From an uncultured Gammaproteobacteria bacterium (GTDB lineage: Bacteria > Pseudomonadota > Gammaproteobacteria > PS1 > Pseudothioglobaceae), in the NCBI GenBank assembly GCA_902556205.1, contig CACDVH010000005.1:9091-73090 (forward strand): 64,000 nt of DNA, written 5' to 3'. Shown piece after piece: positions 51,076-60,071 of the stretch; positions within the stretch are counted from its first letter, which is position 1, and the number at the start of each line of letters is the position of its first letter. The position numbers were made by a program, and so were the translations under genes. The notes below the pieces were generated by a model, which was not told the origin of the DNA, made no database searches, and was given only the letters and a program-made list of their open reading frames with translations.

Positions 51076-51657
51076 TCAAGTCTTCCAAATATGTTCAGAG
51101 AAATGCTTTCTGCACATAGATTGATAGCGATCATTGCCTCCAATAACCACCTGGTCGCCATCTTCAATGACATTTCCATGCTCGTCAATTCGAACCACCA
51201 TAGTTGCCTTACTTCCACAGTGACAAATAGTTTTTAGCTCAATTAGATTATCTGCCCATGCCAGTAGATGCTTACTTCCAGGGAAAAGCTCACCCCTAAA
51301 ATCAGTTCTAATTCCATAGCAAAGGACTGGAAAATTTAATTGGTCAACAGCTTGGGCAAGTTGTTGAACCTGCTCTCTACTTAGAAATTGACTTTCATCA
51401 ATCAATACACAGTCTATTGAATTTTTATCGTTTTGATGTTTTAAGATTGTAAATAAGTCGTCATCTTTATGAAAAAGATGGGCCTCCGCCTCAAGTCCAA
51501 TTCTGGAAGTCACTTTTCCAACACTATAGCGGTTATCAATTGCAGCCGAGAGTATAAAAGGAGTCATTCCTCTCTCTTTGTAGTTGTATGCTGACTGAAG
51601 AAGAGAGGTTGATTTACCTGCATTCATCGCAGAATAATAAAAGTAAAGCTTAGCCAC
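51076..51657 (-). CDS. tdk: Thymidine kinase
   Basis: 193 aa. [17 protein letters not shown] (GTG start), LIDE.QFL, and C.CG....C Zn motif, collinear with E. coli Tdk. Confidence 0.95.
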   Translation of the reverse strand: MAKLYFYYSAMNAGKSTSLLQSAYNYKERGMTPFILSAAIDNRYSVGKVTSRIGLEAEAHLFHKDDDLFTILKHQNDKNSIDCVLIDESQFLSREQVQQLAQAVDQLNFPVLCYGIRTDFRGELFPGSKHLLAWADNLIELKTICHCGSKATMVVRIDEHGNVIEDGDQVVIGGNDRYQSMCRKHFSEHIWKT

Positions 51658-51791
51658 AAAATAAACCTAAAATTATTAATAAAGTTATATTATAACCCTT
51701 GGGACTAATTAGAAATTTACATCATTCTAGCTCTTAGAGAATATGCTATTGTGACCATCCAACATCGCTCTATGTTCCATTGGTGAATTAG

Positions 51792-53033
51792 TTATTGATT
51801 AATAATCCACTCTTTTAAGAGAGAAGTGCCCTTGACTATTCTTGGACAGATTCTATTTAAGTTATCAATAGATGACACCTCTTCCGAAATCAATCTGAGT
51901 GCCTCCTCACCATTAAAATCTACAAACGCAATGCGAGATAGTAATTTACCCTTGTCTAAGCCAAAGTCAGAACCTGGCAGCATTGCAAAACCAACTTCAT
52001 TCAGAATTGTTTGACAAAGTATTTTGTCATCATAAATTTTTCTAAAAATATTTGGAATTTTTGAAAAATCACAGATCATATAAAACCCACCCTGAGGTAG
52101 CTCACAACTAACCCCAACAGTAGACAATTCTTGATAAACAAAGTCTGCAATTGTCTTTAATATAAGTCTCGAATGATTTAAAAATACTGAGTGGTCTTCA
52201 GAGTATGCTTTTATTGCTGCAAACTGAATAGGCGCACTAACTGCAGTATAAGTTTCACTTGCAATTGCTCTGATACTATCCTTAATATAGCTCAATTCTT
52301 TTGGAAATGTCAAGGTCCCTATTCTCCAACCTCCAGCACCACACCACTTGCTAAGTCCACTACTGATAATTGTGTTTTCGGGATAAAAATGAGTCAGTGA
52401 CTTGTATACACCAGAGAAATCTAGTTCTGCATAAATCTCATCAGCAATAATAGTAACTTTGTGTTTTTTTGCAACTTCAGCAAATTCTTTAAGATCATCA
52501 TGAGTTGTTCCAGAGGGATTATTTGGAGAGTTCAAAATCAAAAGTTTGTTGACTGACTTTAGTTTTTCACATGCTATGTCCAGACTCTCGGGACTAAGGT
52601 GCCAATTACTTTCGGCATTTGATTCAATCCAATGAACTTTTTTATTTATCATTTGAGCTTGCGGCTCATAAGATACCCAGCTTGGACTAGGAAGCAATAA
52701 ATCACAATCCAATGCCATTTGAATTTGAAAAATCAACTCCTTAGAACCTGGTCCAATAATGACATTTTGTGAATCATAAGAGTATTGATTCTTACTTGAA
52801 TGATATTTAGCTACCTCTTCTCTAAGAGCTAATAGGCCTGATACATTAAGATAGTCTTTTTCGTGAGCGTGATCTTTTAACTCATTAACAATTACTTTTG
52901 GGACTGGAAACGGCGACTGTCCAAGCCCAAACTTATAAACTTCCTTTCCTTCGCTAATCAATTGCTGAGAAAGCTCATTGATAGCTAGAGTAGCTGAAGT
53001 TTTTAAATTTTGAATATTTTTTTGTATTTTCAT
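51792..53033 (-). CDS. PLP-dependent aminotransferase, class I/II
   Basis: 413 aa. Contains NSPNNPSGT, IADEIYAEL and the SGLSKW.GAGGWRIG lysine motif. Confidence 0.85.
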   Translation of the reverse strand: MKIQKNIQNLKTSATLAINELSQQLISEGKEVYKFGLGQSPFPVPKVIVNELKDHAHEKDYLNVSGLLALREEVAKYHSSKNQYSYDSQNVIIGPGSKELIFQIQMALDCDLLLPSPSWVSYEPQAQMINKKVHWIESNAESNWHLSPESLDIACEKLKSVNKLLILNSPNNPSGTTHDDLKEFAEVAKKHKVTIIADEIYAELDFSGVYKSLTHFYPENTIISSGLSKWCGAGGWRIGTLTFPKELSYIKDSIRAIASETYTAVSAPIQFAAIKAYSEDHSVFLNHSRLILKTIADFVYQELSTVGVSCELPQGGFYMICDFSKIPNIFRKIYDDKILCQTILNEVGFAMLPGSDFGLDKGKLLSRIAFVDFNGEEALRLISEEVSSIDNLNRICPRIVKGTSLLKEWIINQ

Positions 53034-53121
53034 ACTAGTTTTACAAACTACATCCTTGTATTATCAGAATACCAGAAATATATGTTTCTTTTTTTTAAAA
53101 AAATTAAAACTTTTGTATCTT

Positions 53122-55680
53122 TTATTGTTGAATTTGAACAACTTTCCTCTTTCTTCTTAATTGCACAAAACCAACCATCCCTATTAATAATATTGCTGGA
53201 ATATAAACAATTTGTTTAGGCATAGTCTCCCTTTCTTGAAGAACTGAAGTAATAATCCAGCCACTATCTACACCTGCAACTTTTATGGATTCAACCTGTT
53301 TATTTATGGCTCGACTATTTGAAATTCCTGGGAGCACCATTGCAACTTCCATATCTCCAAATAAGTCATCTATTTGAAGTCCAGTATTATTTACCCTTTC
53401 TCTACCTGTCGCCCCATCAGCTAATGGTAATAAAAATGTGTAACTTCTCTCAACACCTTCAATTGTCTCGCCCTCAACAACAAAACGGATTGATTCACCT
53501 TCACTCATACTCTCAGCAACTGTAAACAACTCCTGACCTGAAATATTTTCATAAGGAGGGTCGACTTTATCCAAAAAATATCCTGGCCTGAAAAACATGA
53601 ATGCTACAAACAACATCAATACAGTCTCCCACAGTCGATTTTTAACAAGCCAATAACCCTGAGTAGCTGCAGCAAAAAGTAGAATTGCAATAACTGATGA
53701 GGTTACAACTGAAATAAAACTTATTACACTGTCAATACCAATCATAAGTAGCTGGGTATTGAAAATAAAAATAAATGGAAGTACGGCTGTCCTCATGTCA
53801 TAGATGAAACCCTGAATACCAGTTCTTATCGGATCCCCCTTGGAAATCGCTGCTGCTGCATAGGCAGCAAGACCCACTGGTGGCGTGTCATCAGCTAAAA
53901 TACCAAAATAAAAAACAAACATATGCGCTGCAATCAAAGGAATAGCGACATTATTAGCTGCACCTAAACTCATGATTACAGGGGCCATTAGACTTGAGAC
54001 GACAATATAATTAGCTGTTGTTGGTAAGCCCATTCCTAGAATAAGACTTATCATTGCAGTAAAAAGTAATATTAAAAATAAGTTTCCTGCAGCAATGAAT
54101 TCAACCCAGCCAATTATTAATTGTCCCACTCCAGTTAGTGTTACCGTGCCAACAATGATTCCTGCTGCAGTAGTAGCAACTCCGACACCAATCATATTTC
54201 TAGCTCCATTTACAAAACCAAGCTTTAGATCTATCAAACTTGAAACTAGATGAGCTGCAAAATTAGATTGGCGTCGAAATAAAGCTAAGATAAATTTCTG
54301 CGTTAGCACAATAAACATCATGAACATAGTTGCCCAGTAAACTGAAGTTTCGGGCGAAAACCGCTCAACAGTTAGTAACCAAATTAACAAAATGACTGGC
54401 AGTAAAAAATGAAGTCCTGCCTTAACTGTCTTGCCAATTTCAGGAATTTCAATTATATCTCCTGAGGGCAAATCTGGCATTCTTGAAACAGAATACAAGA
54501 GTCCAACATAACTAAAAAACATAATTAATGCTACAATTAATGTAGTTGCTTCGCCAGCGATCATCTTAATAAATTCGAAGAGAGGCGGGAGCACCCAAAC
54601 AAGAGTACCCAGAACAATCAAAACACTTGAAATACCGATTAACCTATCAACTTTATTAAGCTTGTTGGTTCTAGTAAGTCCTTCCATTCCAGACTTTAAA
54701 GCCTCCAAGTGAACGATATAGATCAGTGCAATGTAAGAAATGACAGCAGGCAAGAAAGCATGCTTAATTACTTCAATGTAAGAGACGCCGACATACTCAA
54801 CCATTAGAAATGCTGCAGTACCCATAATTGGCGGAGTTAGTTGGCCATTGGTAGAGGATGCAACCTCAATTGCTCCAGCTTTCTCGGATGGGAAGCCGAC
54901 TCGTTTCATTAATGGAATTGTAAATGTGCCTGTCGTTACAACATTGGCAATGGAGGATCCAGAAATCATACCAGTCATGGCAGAAGAGACGACTGCAGCC
55001 TTTGCAGGTCCCCCTCGATAATGTCCAGTAAGTGCATAAGCAACCCGTATGAAATAATTACCAGCACCAGCTCTTTCCAGTAGAGCGCCAAAAAGAACAA
55101 ATAAGAAAACCATACTTGCCGAGACTCCAACAGCGATTCCAAATGCTCCTTCAGTAGTAATCCACATGTGTGAGACAATTTTATTTAATGAAGCTCCCCC
55201 ATAACCGCCAGCCCCAAGAAATGCATAGGTCAACGCAATAATTGCTACTACCATTAGCGGTGGCCCAAGAGATCTTCTTGTAGCCTCTAAAAGAAGTAGA
55301 ATTCCAATAATGCTCAAAAATAAATCCGTTGAGTTTGGAACACCTAGCCGCATTTCAAAAGCCCTTGAATCCCAAACCTGGTTATAAACCAAATACAGAC
55401 AAGAAACGACTATAAGAATTCCCATAATCCAATCAGCCCATGGAATGACGACTCTCGATGATCTTTTAAGAGCTGGATAACTTAGAAAAGCTAAAAAGCC
55501 TGCAAAAGAGACATGAACTCTCTTCACTACATCTGCATTCATCCAAGGTGTTACTTCAAGAACTAAAGGGGAAGAAACGTAAAGCTGGAAGACTGACCAG
55601 GCCATAGCAACATAGATTAATATGTTCCTAATTAGTAGATTTCCTGGGTTTCTGTTTCCCGTTTCTAGATCGACTTCCAT
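53122..55680 (-). CDS. TAXI-type TRAP transporter fused permease (4TM/12TM fusion with C-terminal DUF3394-like extension)
   Basis: 852 aa and very hydrophobic. Sits downstream of a TAXI receptor. The C-terminal ~150-aa soluble segment plus final TM resembles the extension common in this family. Confidence 0.85.
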   Translation of the reverse strand: MEVDLETGNRNPGNLLIRNILIYVAMAWSVFQLYVSSPLVLEVTPWMNADVVKRVHVSFAGFLAFLSYPALKRSSRVVIPWADWIMGILIVVSCLYLVYNQVWDSRAFEMRLGVPNSTDLFLSIIGILLLLEATRRSLGPPLMVVAIIALTYAFLGAGGYGGASLNKIVSHMWITTEGAFGIAVGVSASMVFLFVLFGALLERAGAGNYFIRVAYALTGHYRGGPAKAAVVSSAMTGMISGSSIANVVTTGTFTIPLMKRVGFPSEKAGAIEVASSTNGQLTPPIMGTAAFLMVEYVGVSYIEVIKHAFLPAVISYIALIYIVHLEALKSGMEGLTRTNKLNKVDRLIGISSVLIVLGTLVWVLPPLFEFIKMIAGEATTLIVALIMFFSYVGLLYSVSRMPDLPSGDIIEIPEIGKTVKAGLHFLLPVILLIWLLTVERFSPETSVYWATMFMMFIVLTQKFILALFRRQSNFAAHLVSSLIDLKLGFVNGARNMIGVGVATTAAGIIVGTVTLTGVGQLIIGWVEFIAAGNLFLILLFTAMISLILGMGLPTTANYIVVSSLMAPVIMSLGAANNVAIPLIAAHMFVFYFGILADDTPPVGLAAYAAAAISKGDPIRTGIQGFIYDMRTAVLPFIFIFNTQLLMIGIDSVISFISVVTSSVIAILLFAAATQGYWLVKNRLWETVLMLFVAFMFFRPGYFLDKVDPPYENISGQELFTVAESMSEGESIRFVVEGETIEGVERSYTFLLPLADGATGRERVNNTGLQIDDLFGDMEVAMVLPGISNSRAINKQVESIKVAGVDSGWIITSVLQERETMPKQIVYIPAILLIGMVGFVQLRRKRKVVQIQQ

Positions 55681-55693
55681 TGGAATATTGTAT

Positions 55694-55726
55694 AAAAAAA
55701 AAGGATGGCAAAGCCATCCTTTTTTT
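55694..55726 (-). terminator. Intra-operon rho-independent terminator/attenuator after the TAXI receptor gene
   Basis: GGATGGC (55703-09) pairs with GCCATCC (55713-19), with a 3-nt loop. Flanked by A9 and T7 tracts, so it looks bidirectional. Lies between the SBP stop (55740) and the permease start (55680). Confidence 0.75.
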
Positions 55727-55739
55727 CATAACTTAAATA

Positions 55740-56717
55740 TTACATTAAGCCTGCTTCTTTATAGTATTTTGCTGCACCGTTGTGAAGCGGAGCAGATAAA
55801 CCATCCGAAATCATTTCTGCTTTCTTCAAGTTAGCAAACGCAGGGTGAAGCTTCTTAAAACTATCAAAGTTTTCAAAAACTCCCTTAACGATACTGTGAA
55901 TTACATGGTCAGAAGTCGCCGTTGAAGATACAACTGTTGCGCCCACACCAAATGTTACTGTATCATCAGGATTTCCATTGTACATTCCGCCTGGAATAGT
56001 GGCAGTTCGATAGAAATCATTGTTAGCTACTAATCCATCAACTGCAGCGCCAGTCACATTTACTAAGACACTATCACATGAAGTTGTTGCTTCTTTGATT
56101 GACCCTGAAGGGTGGCCAACAGTAAAGACCATTGCATCAATCTTGTTGTCGCATAGTGCTTTTGACTGCTCTGAAGACTTAAGTTCAGAGGCAAGTGCAA
56201 AGGTTGATTTATCCCAACCGAGAGCGTCCATTAATACCTCCATAGTTCCTCTCTGACCAGAGCCAGGGTTTCCTATGTTGACTCTCTTCCCTTTAAGGTC
56301 TTCAAGATTACGAATACCTGAATCTGCTCGTGCTACAACTGTAAAAGGCTCAGGGTGAACAGAAAATACAGCTCTTAAACCTGTAAATGCACCAGCATCA
56401 GCAAACTTGCTTGTTCCGTTATAAGCATGGTACTGCCAGTCTGACTGAGCAACACCCAAATCTAGCTCTCCAGCACGAATAGTATTGATGTTATAAACTG
56501 AGCCACCTGTTGACTCAACTGTACAACGAACACCATGACTCGCTCTATCTTTATTTACTAGTCTACAAATTGAACCACCAGTTGGGTAGTAGACCCCTGT
56601 TACTCCTCCGGTTCCAATTGTAACAAAAGTATCTGCAGCAATTACTGGCGCTGACACCGTCATGCTGCTTAATACAGCCGCGGCAAGTGCGCCACTTAAA
56701 AAGTTAATTTTTTTCAT
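55740..56717 (-). CDS. TAXI-family TRAP transporter solute receptor
   Basis: 325 aa. Signal peptide, [15 protein letters not shown] motif (TIGR02122-like) and C-terminal [10 protein letters not shown]. Confidence 0.88.
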   Translation of the reverse strand: MKKINFLSGALAAAVLSSMTVSAPVIAADTFVTIGTGGVTGVYYPTGGSICRLVNKDRASHGVRCTVESTGGSVYNINTIRAGELDLGVAQSDWQYHAYNGTSKFADAGAFTGLRAVFSVHPEPFTVVARADSGIRNLEDLKGKRVNIGNPGSGQRGTMEVLMDALGWDKSTFALASELKSSEQSKALCDNKIDAMVFTVGHPSGSIKEATTSCDSVLVNVTGAAVDGLVANNDFYRTATIPGGMYNGNPDDTVTFGVGATVVSSTATSDHVIHSIVKGVFENFDSFKKLHPAFANLKKAEMISDGLSAPLHNGAAKYYKEAGLM

Positions 56718-56805
56718 TTCATCTCCTTTGTTTTATTAGACAAAAAATTTAAGTCCAAAATAGTTATACCATATTTAATACAATTGTTTCAATATTTATA
56801 TGTAT

Positions 56806-56821
56806 AAAACACAAGTGTTTT
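56806..56821. promoter_or_regulatory. Candidate operator: AAAACAC-AA-GTGTTTT inverted repeat in the TRAP/RpiR divergent region
   Basis: Perfect 7-bp arms with a 2-nt spacer, 48 nt upstream of the regulator ATG (56870) and 88 nt upstream of the SBP start (56717). Confidence 0.35.
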
Positions 56822-56869
56822 CATTTTGTTCGAGTTTATTTAGCTAGATTTATAGTAGAATATTCAGCT

Positions 56870-57751
56870 ATGGATTCAAATAACTTTTCGACTACTGAAA
56901 TCAATCAAAAACTGTCTAATGGATACGTTGGTTTTTCTAAAGAAGTTAAAAAAGCAGCCAAGTATGTAATGGATAATCCTGCAGAGATTCCCTTGCACTC
57001 AATACGAACTATTGCTTCAAATGCCGCAGTTAATCCCTCGACAATGGTTCGTCTTATAACCATACTAGGATTCAAACGTTATGATGAATTTAAGACGATT
57101 TACAAAAAGGCTGCATCCCAGATGCCTGTCTCCAACTTTACATCTCACGCAAAAGATCTCCTGAATGAAAAACATAAGAACCCTTTTTCTGATGTAGAAG
57201 CAAATGTATATAAGTCTCTTTCTGGAGCCTTCAATGATAAAACCTATAAAGCCATTGACTCATCTGTTGATAAATTAATGAAAGCTGAGACTGTTTACAT
57301 TCTAGGAATGAGAAGTAGCTTCTCAATGGCATTTTATTTGCACTATCTTCTGCATTTCATTCTGCCAAAAACAAAATTGATACGTGGCCAAGAAGGAATG
57401 TTACTAAGTGAAATTTCTCAAATAAATGCAAATGATGTGGTGATTGTATTTGGAGCATCTCCTTTGTCACTTGAAACAACAAAAGCACTAGACAAAATCA
57501 AGAAAAGAAAGGCTTTCATTATTGTCGCAACCGATATGTATACCTCTCAAGCAGCATCAAATGCAGATATCATTGTCGCACTTGGCAATGAGACTCTTAA
57601 TTTCCTACCAAGTATCTTGCCATATGCAGCATTCTCAGAAATTCTCGTTTCACAGATTATGACGAAGGGAGGTAAAAAAATGTTAGCTCGAATCAAAAAA
57701 TTTGAAGATGAGCTTTCTGAGATGGGCGCATATATAAGTCCCAGTCAATAA
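56870..57751 (+). CDS. MurR/RpiR-family transcriptional regulator (HTH + SIS domain)
   Basis: 293 aa. N-terminal HTH_6-like region (IRTIASNAAVNPSTMVRL) and a C-terminal SIS fold (VYILGMRSS...VVIVFG). Confidence 0.85.
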   Translation: MDSNNFSTTEINQKLSNGYVGFSKEVKKAAKYVMDNPAEIPLHSIRTIASNAAVNPSTMVRLITILGFKRYDEFKTIYKKAASQMPVSNFTSHAKDLLNEKHKNPFSDVEANVYKSLSGAFNDKTYKAIDSSVDKLMKAETVYILGMRSSFSMAFYLHYLLHFILPKTKLIRGQEGMLLSEISQINANDVVIVFGASPLSLETTKALDKIKKRKAFIIVATDMYTSQAASNADIIVALGNETLNFLPSILPYAAFSEILVSQIMTKGGKKMLARIKKFEDELSEMGAYISPSQ

Positions 57752-57773
57752 TTACAGCTTATGGATCGTACCA

Positions 57774-58463
57774 TTATTTAGAGAGGCTATTTTCGATTTC
57801 TTCCCAGTCCTCAAAATGAAGAACTTGACATGGCGAATTGATATTTTCAAGCCAGGCAAATATAGATATAAAAGGTTGCTCGTAAACTCGAGCAGCATGT
57901 CGCTCTCCAGGTTCATTCCAAACTAATGAACCGGCTGGATAGTCTTTCCATTCTCCCAATTCAAATCGCCAACCTGATTTATCTGAAAGGTTTAGATATA
58001 ACTCTGGCGCATCATGCTTGTGATCACGATAGAGCGTACGTGGTCCAAGCATGAACACGCCTAGGAGAAAGTCATCGCTTTGATATCCACAAGAATTAGG
58101 GCCAATTAGCAGAGTATGCAGGTTGCAATTTTTGTAACCTGGCCCAAGATTTGCTCCAGGTTGATAATATTGAGAATTATCTTCCAACCAAACAAGATCA
58201 TTCTTAGCTGAATAAAGGCAATTTGCAATCTCATTAAGCTGCTGTGCTTTTATTTCATAAATTGCTTGATTTAAAACCTTTTCATGTCTCGTTCCTTTAG
58301 GCTTAACATCAACAAGTTTATCATCGGAAAGATCAATTTTTTCTAACTTTCTCAATGTCATTTCAACTCCTGACATTTCTACTCTATGCTTTTCAAGATA
58401 ACTAATAATGGATCTAACTAGTGCCTTGACTCTAATCTTTCTATCCGTCATCACTTTTTTCAT
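57774..58463 (-). CDS. dddL: Cupin-type DMSP lyase-like protein (DddL-like)
   Basis: 229 aa. Cupin metal/catalytic signature H-K-H-D-A-P-E-L-Y (HxHxxxExY), and a further His 41 residues after the first His (PGERHAARV). This spacing matches cupin DMSP lyases (DddK/L/Q/W), and the length and long N-terminal extension fit DddL. No alignment was run. Confidence 0.55.
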   Translation of the reverse strand: MKKVMTDRKIRVKALVRSIISYLEKHRVEMSGVEMTLRKLEKIDLSDDKLVDVKPKGTRHEKVLNQAIYEIKAQQLNEIANCLYSAKNDLVWLEDNSQYYQPGANLGPGYKNCNLHTLLIGPNSCGYQSDDFLLGVFMLGPRTLYRDHKHDAPELYLNLSDKSGWRFELGEWKDYPAGSLVWNEPGERHAARVYEQPFISIFAWLENINSPCQVLHFEDWEEIENSLSK

Positions 58464-60027
58464 TTAGATTTAAAACATTTTTGCGCATTACTTTTTTGTC
58501 AAGCTTGCCAACGCTTGTTTTAGGAAGTTGCTCAACATAAAAAATGTTGTCGGGAATCGCCCATTTAGATATTTCTCCTAATTCAACATGTTCTCGAAAT
58601 TTTCTTAGTAAATCTTGTCTAATAAGATCTGGCACTGCATTATTCAAAAGTTTTACAACTAATACTACTCTTTCACCCCACTTTTCATTTGGAATGCCAA
58701 TAGCAGCCACTTCTTCAACGCCTGAACATGAGGATGCAATATTTTCGAGTGTAAGCGATGAGATCCATTCGCCACCAGTCTTGATAACATCTTTGAGACG
58801 ATCAGTAACTTGCAATGATCCATTCTCACGAATAAATCCAACATCTCCAGTATGCAGATAGCCATTGCTCCAGAGATCATTAGAGCCCTTAAGGTTACCC
58901 ATATAGCCTTTTGTCAACCAGGGAGCTCGTACAACAATTTCACCAGTTGTTATTCCATCATTAGGAACATCATGCATATCAGGGGTTACAACACGCAGAT
59001 CAACTAGTGGTGCTGAAAACCCAGTTTGGGATTGAGTATCTGGATCAGTACTTGATAAATCTGCAACTGTTAAAAATGGGCAGGTTTCTGACATACCATA
59101 AGCAGCATGCAATCTTATACCAAACTCAGAAGCGCGCCTCTGCAAACTCTTTGATAGAGCAGACCCTCCAATAATTACTTTCCATCTACTCAAATTTACT
59201 TTTTTACTATGGGGATGATCCAATAACATTGATAAAACAGTAGGAACACAATGTGAAAAGGTCACTGCCTCGGAATCGATTAATCGCAATATTGTCTCAG
59301 GGTCGTAACGATTGGGATAAACTTGACGAAGTCCCAACATTGTCGCAGCATAAGGGAAGCCCCACCCATGAACATGGAATAGTGGTGTTAGCGGCATATA
59401 AACATCGTCGCGATGTAATCCAGAATTTCCTGAAAATACACCAAACCCTGCTAATAAACCCAATGTGTGAAGAACCAACTGCCGATGTGAATAGCTGACT
59501 CCTTTTGGATCACCTGTTGTCCCAGTTGTATAAAACAGTGTTGCAGTTCTATTTTCATCAAATTCTGGAAAATTAAAACTAGTTGATGAACGACTTATCC
59601 ATTCTTCATACTTTTCACCATATCCAATAGGGATGATTAGAGTTTCGCACTCAAAGTCTGATTTGATTTCTTCAATTAAGGGCATGAAGTCCTGATGAAC
59701 AATTATTAGATCAGGCTTGGCATGATTAATTGTATAAAGAACTTGCTTTGGAGACAAACGCACATTGATTGTATGCAGAGCTGCCCCCATCATGGGTACA
59801 GCAAAAAAATACTCAAGATAGCGGTGAGTGTCCCAATCCATAACGCCGACGCGCATTTTTTCAGAAATACCCTTAGCAGTTAGAGAATTGGCCAGTCTTC
59901 CAAGGCGTCCAGTAAACTCATGATAATTTAGCCTTACATTTGGGTTACTAACAATTTCTTGCGAAAAAGACATAACGCTAGATTTTGTAAGAATTTGCTT
60001 AATTAAAAGGGGATACTCAGAATCCAT
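58441..60027 (-). CDS. AMP-forming medium-chain acyl-CoA ligase, DmdB (3-methylmercaptopropionyl-CoA ligase)-like
   Basis: 528 aa. AMP-binding motif YTTGTTGDPKGV. N-terminal region (PLLI..IL...........EIVS, W.THRYLE, GAALHTINVRLSP.Q..YTINHA) resembles DmdB as I recall it. 23-nt overlap with the dddL-like gene. Confidence 0.6.
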   Translation of the reverse strand: MDSEYPLLIKQILTKSSVMSFSQEIVSNPNVRLNYHEFTGRLGRLANSLTAKGISEKMRVGVMDWDTHRYLEYFFAVPMMGAALHTINVRLSPKQVLYTINHAKPDLIIVHQDFMPLIEEIKSDFECETLIIPIGYGEKYEEWISRSSTSFNFPEFDENRTATLFYTTGTTGDPKGVSYSHRQLVLHTLGLLAGFGVFSGNSGLHRDDVYMPLTPLFHVHGWGFPYAATMLGLRQVYPNRYDPETILRLIDSEAVTFSHCVPTVLSMLLDHPHSKKVNLSRWKVIIGGSALSKSLQRRASEFGIRLHAAYGMSETCPFLTVADLSSTDPDTQSQTGFSAPLVDLRVVTPDMHDVPNDGITTGEIVVRAPWLTKGYMGNLKGSNDLWSNGYLHTGDVGFIRENGSLQVTDRLKDVIKTGGEWISSLTLENIASSCSGVEEVAAIGIPNEKWGERVVLVVKLLNNAVPDLIRQDLLRKFREHVELGEISKWAIPDNIFYVEQLPKTSVGKLDKKVMRKNVLNLNEKSDDG

Positions 60028-60071
60028 ATTCTTAGTAGATACTCAAACTGTAAGTCAGAAAACCAAGTCTA

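Noticed and set aside
53088-53102. T8A7 tract between the TRAP permease stop and the aminotransferase start, as a possible terminator
   Set aside because: It is a pure A/T palindrome with no GC stem. This is common in AT-rich spacers and unlikely to form a stable hairpin.
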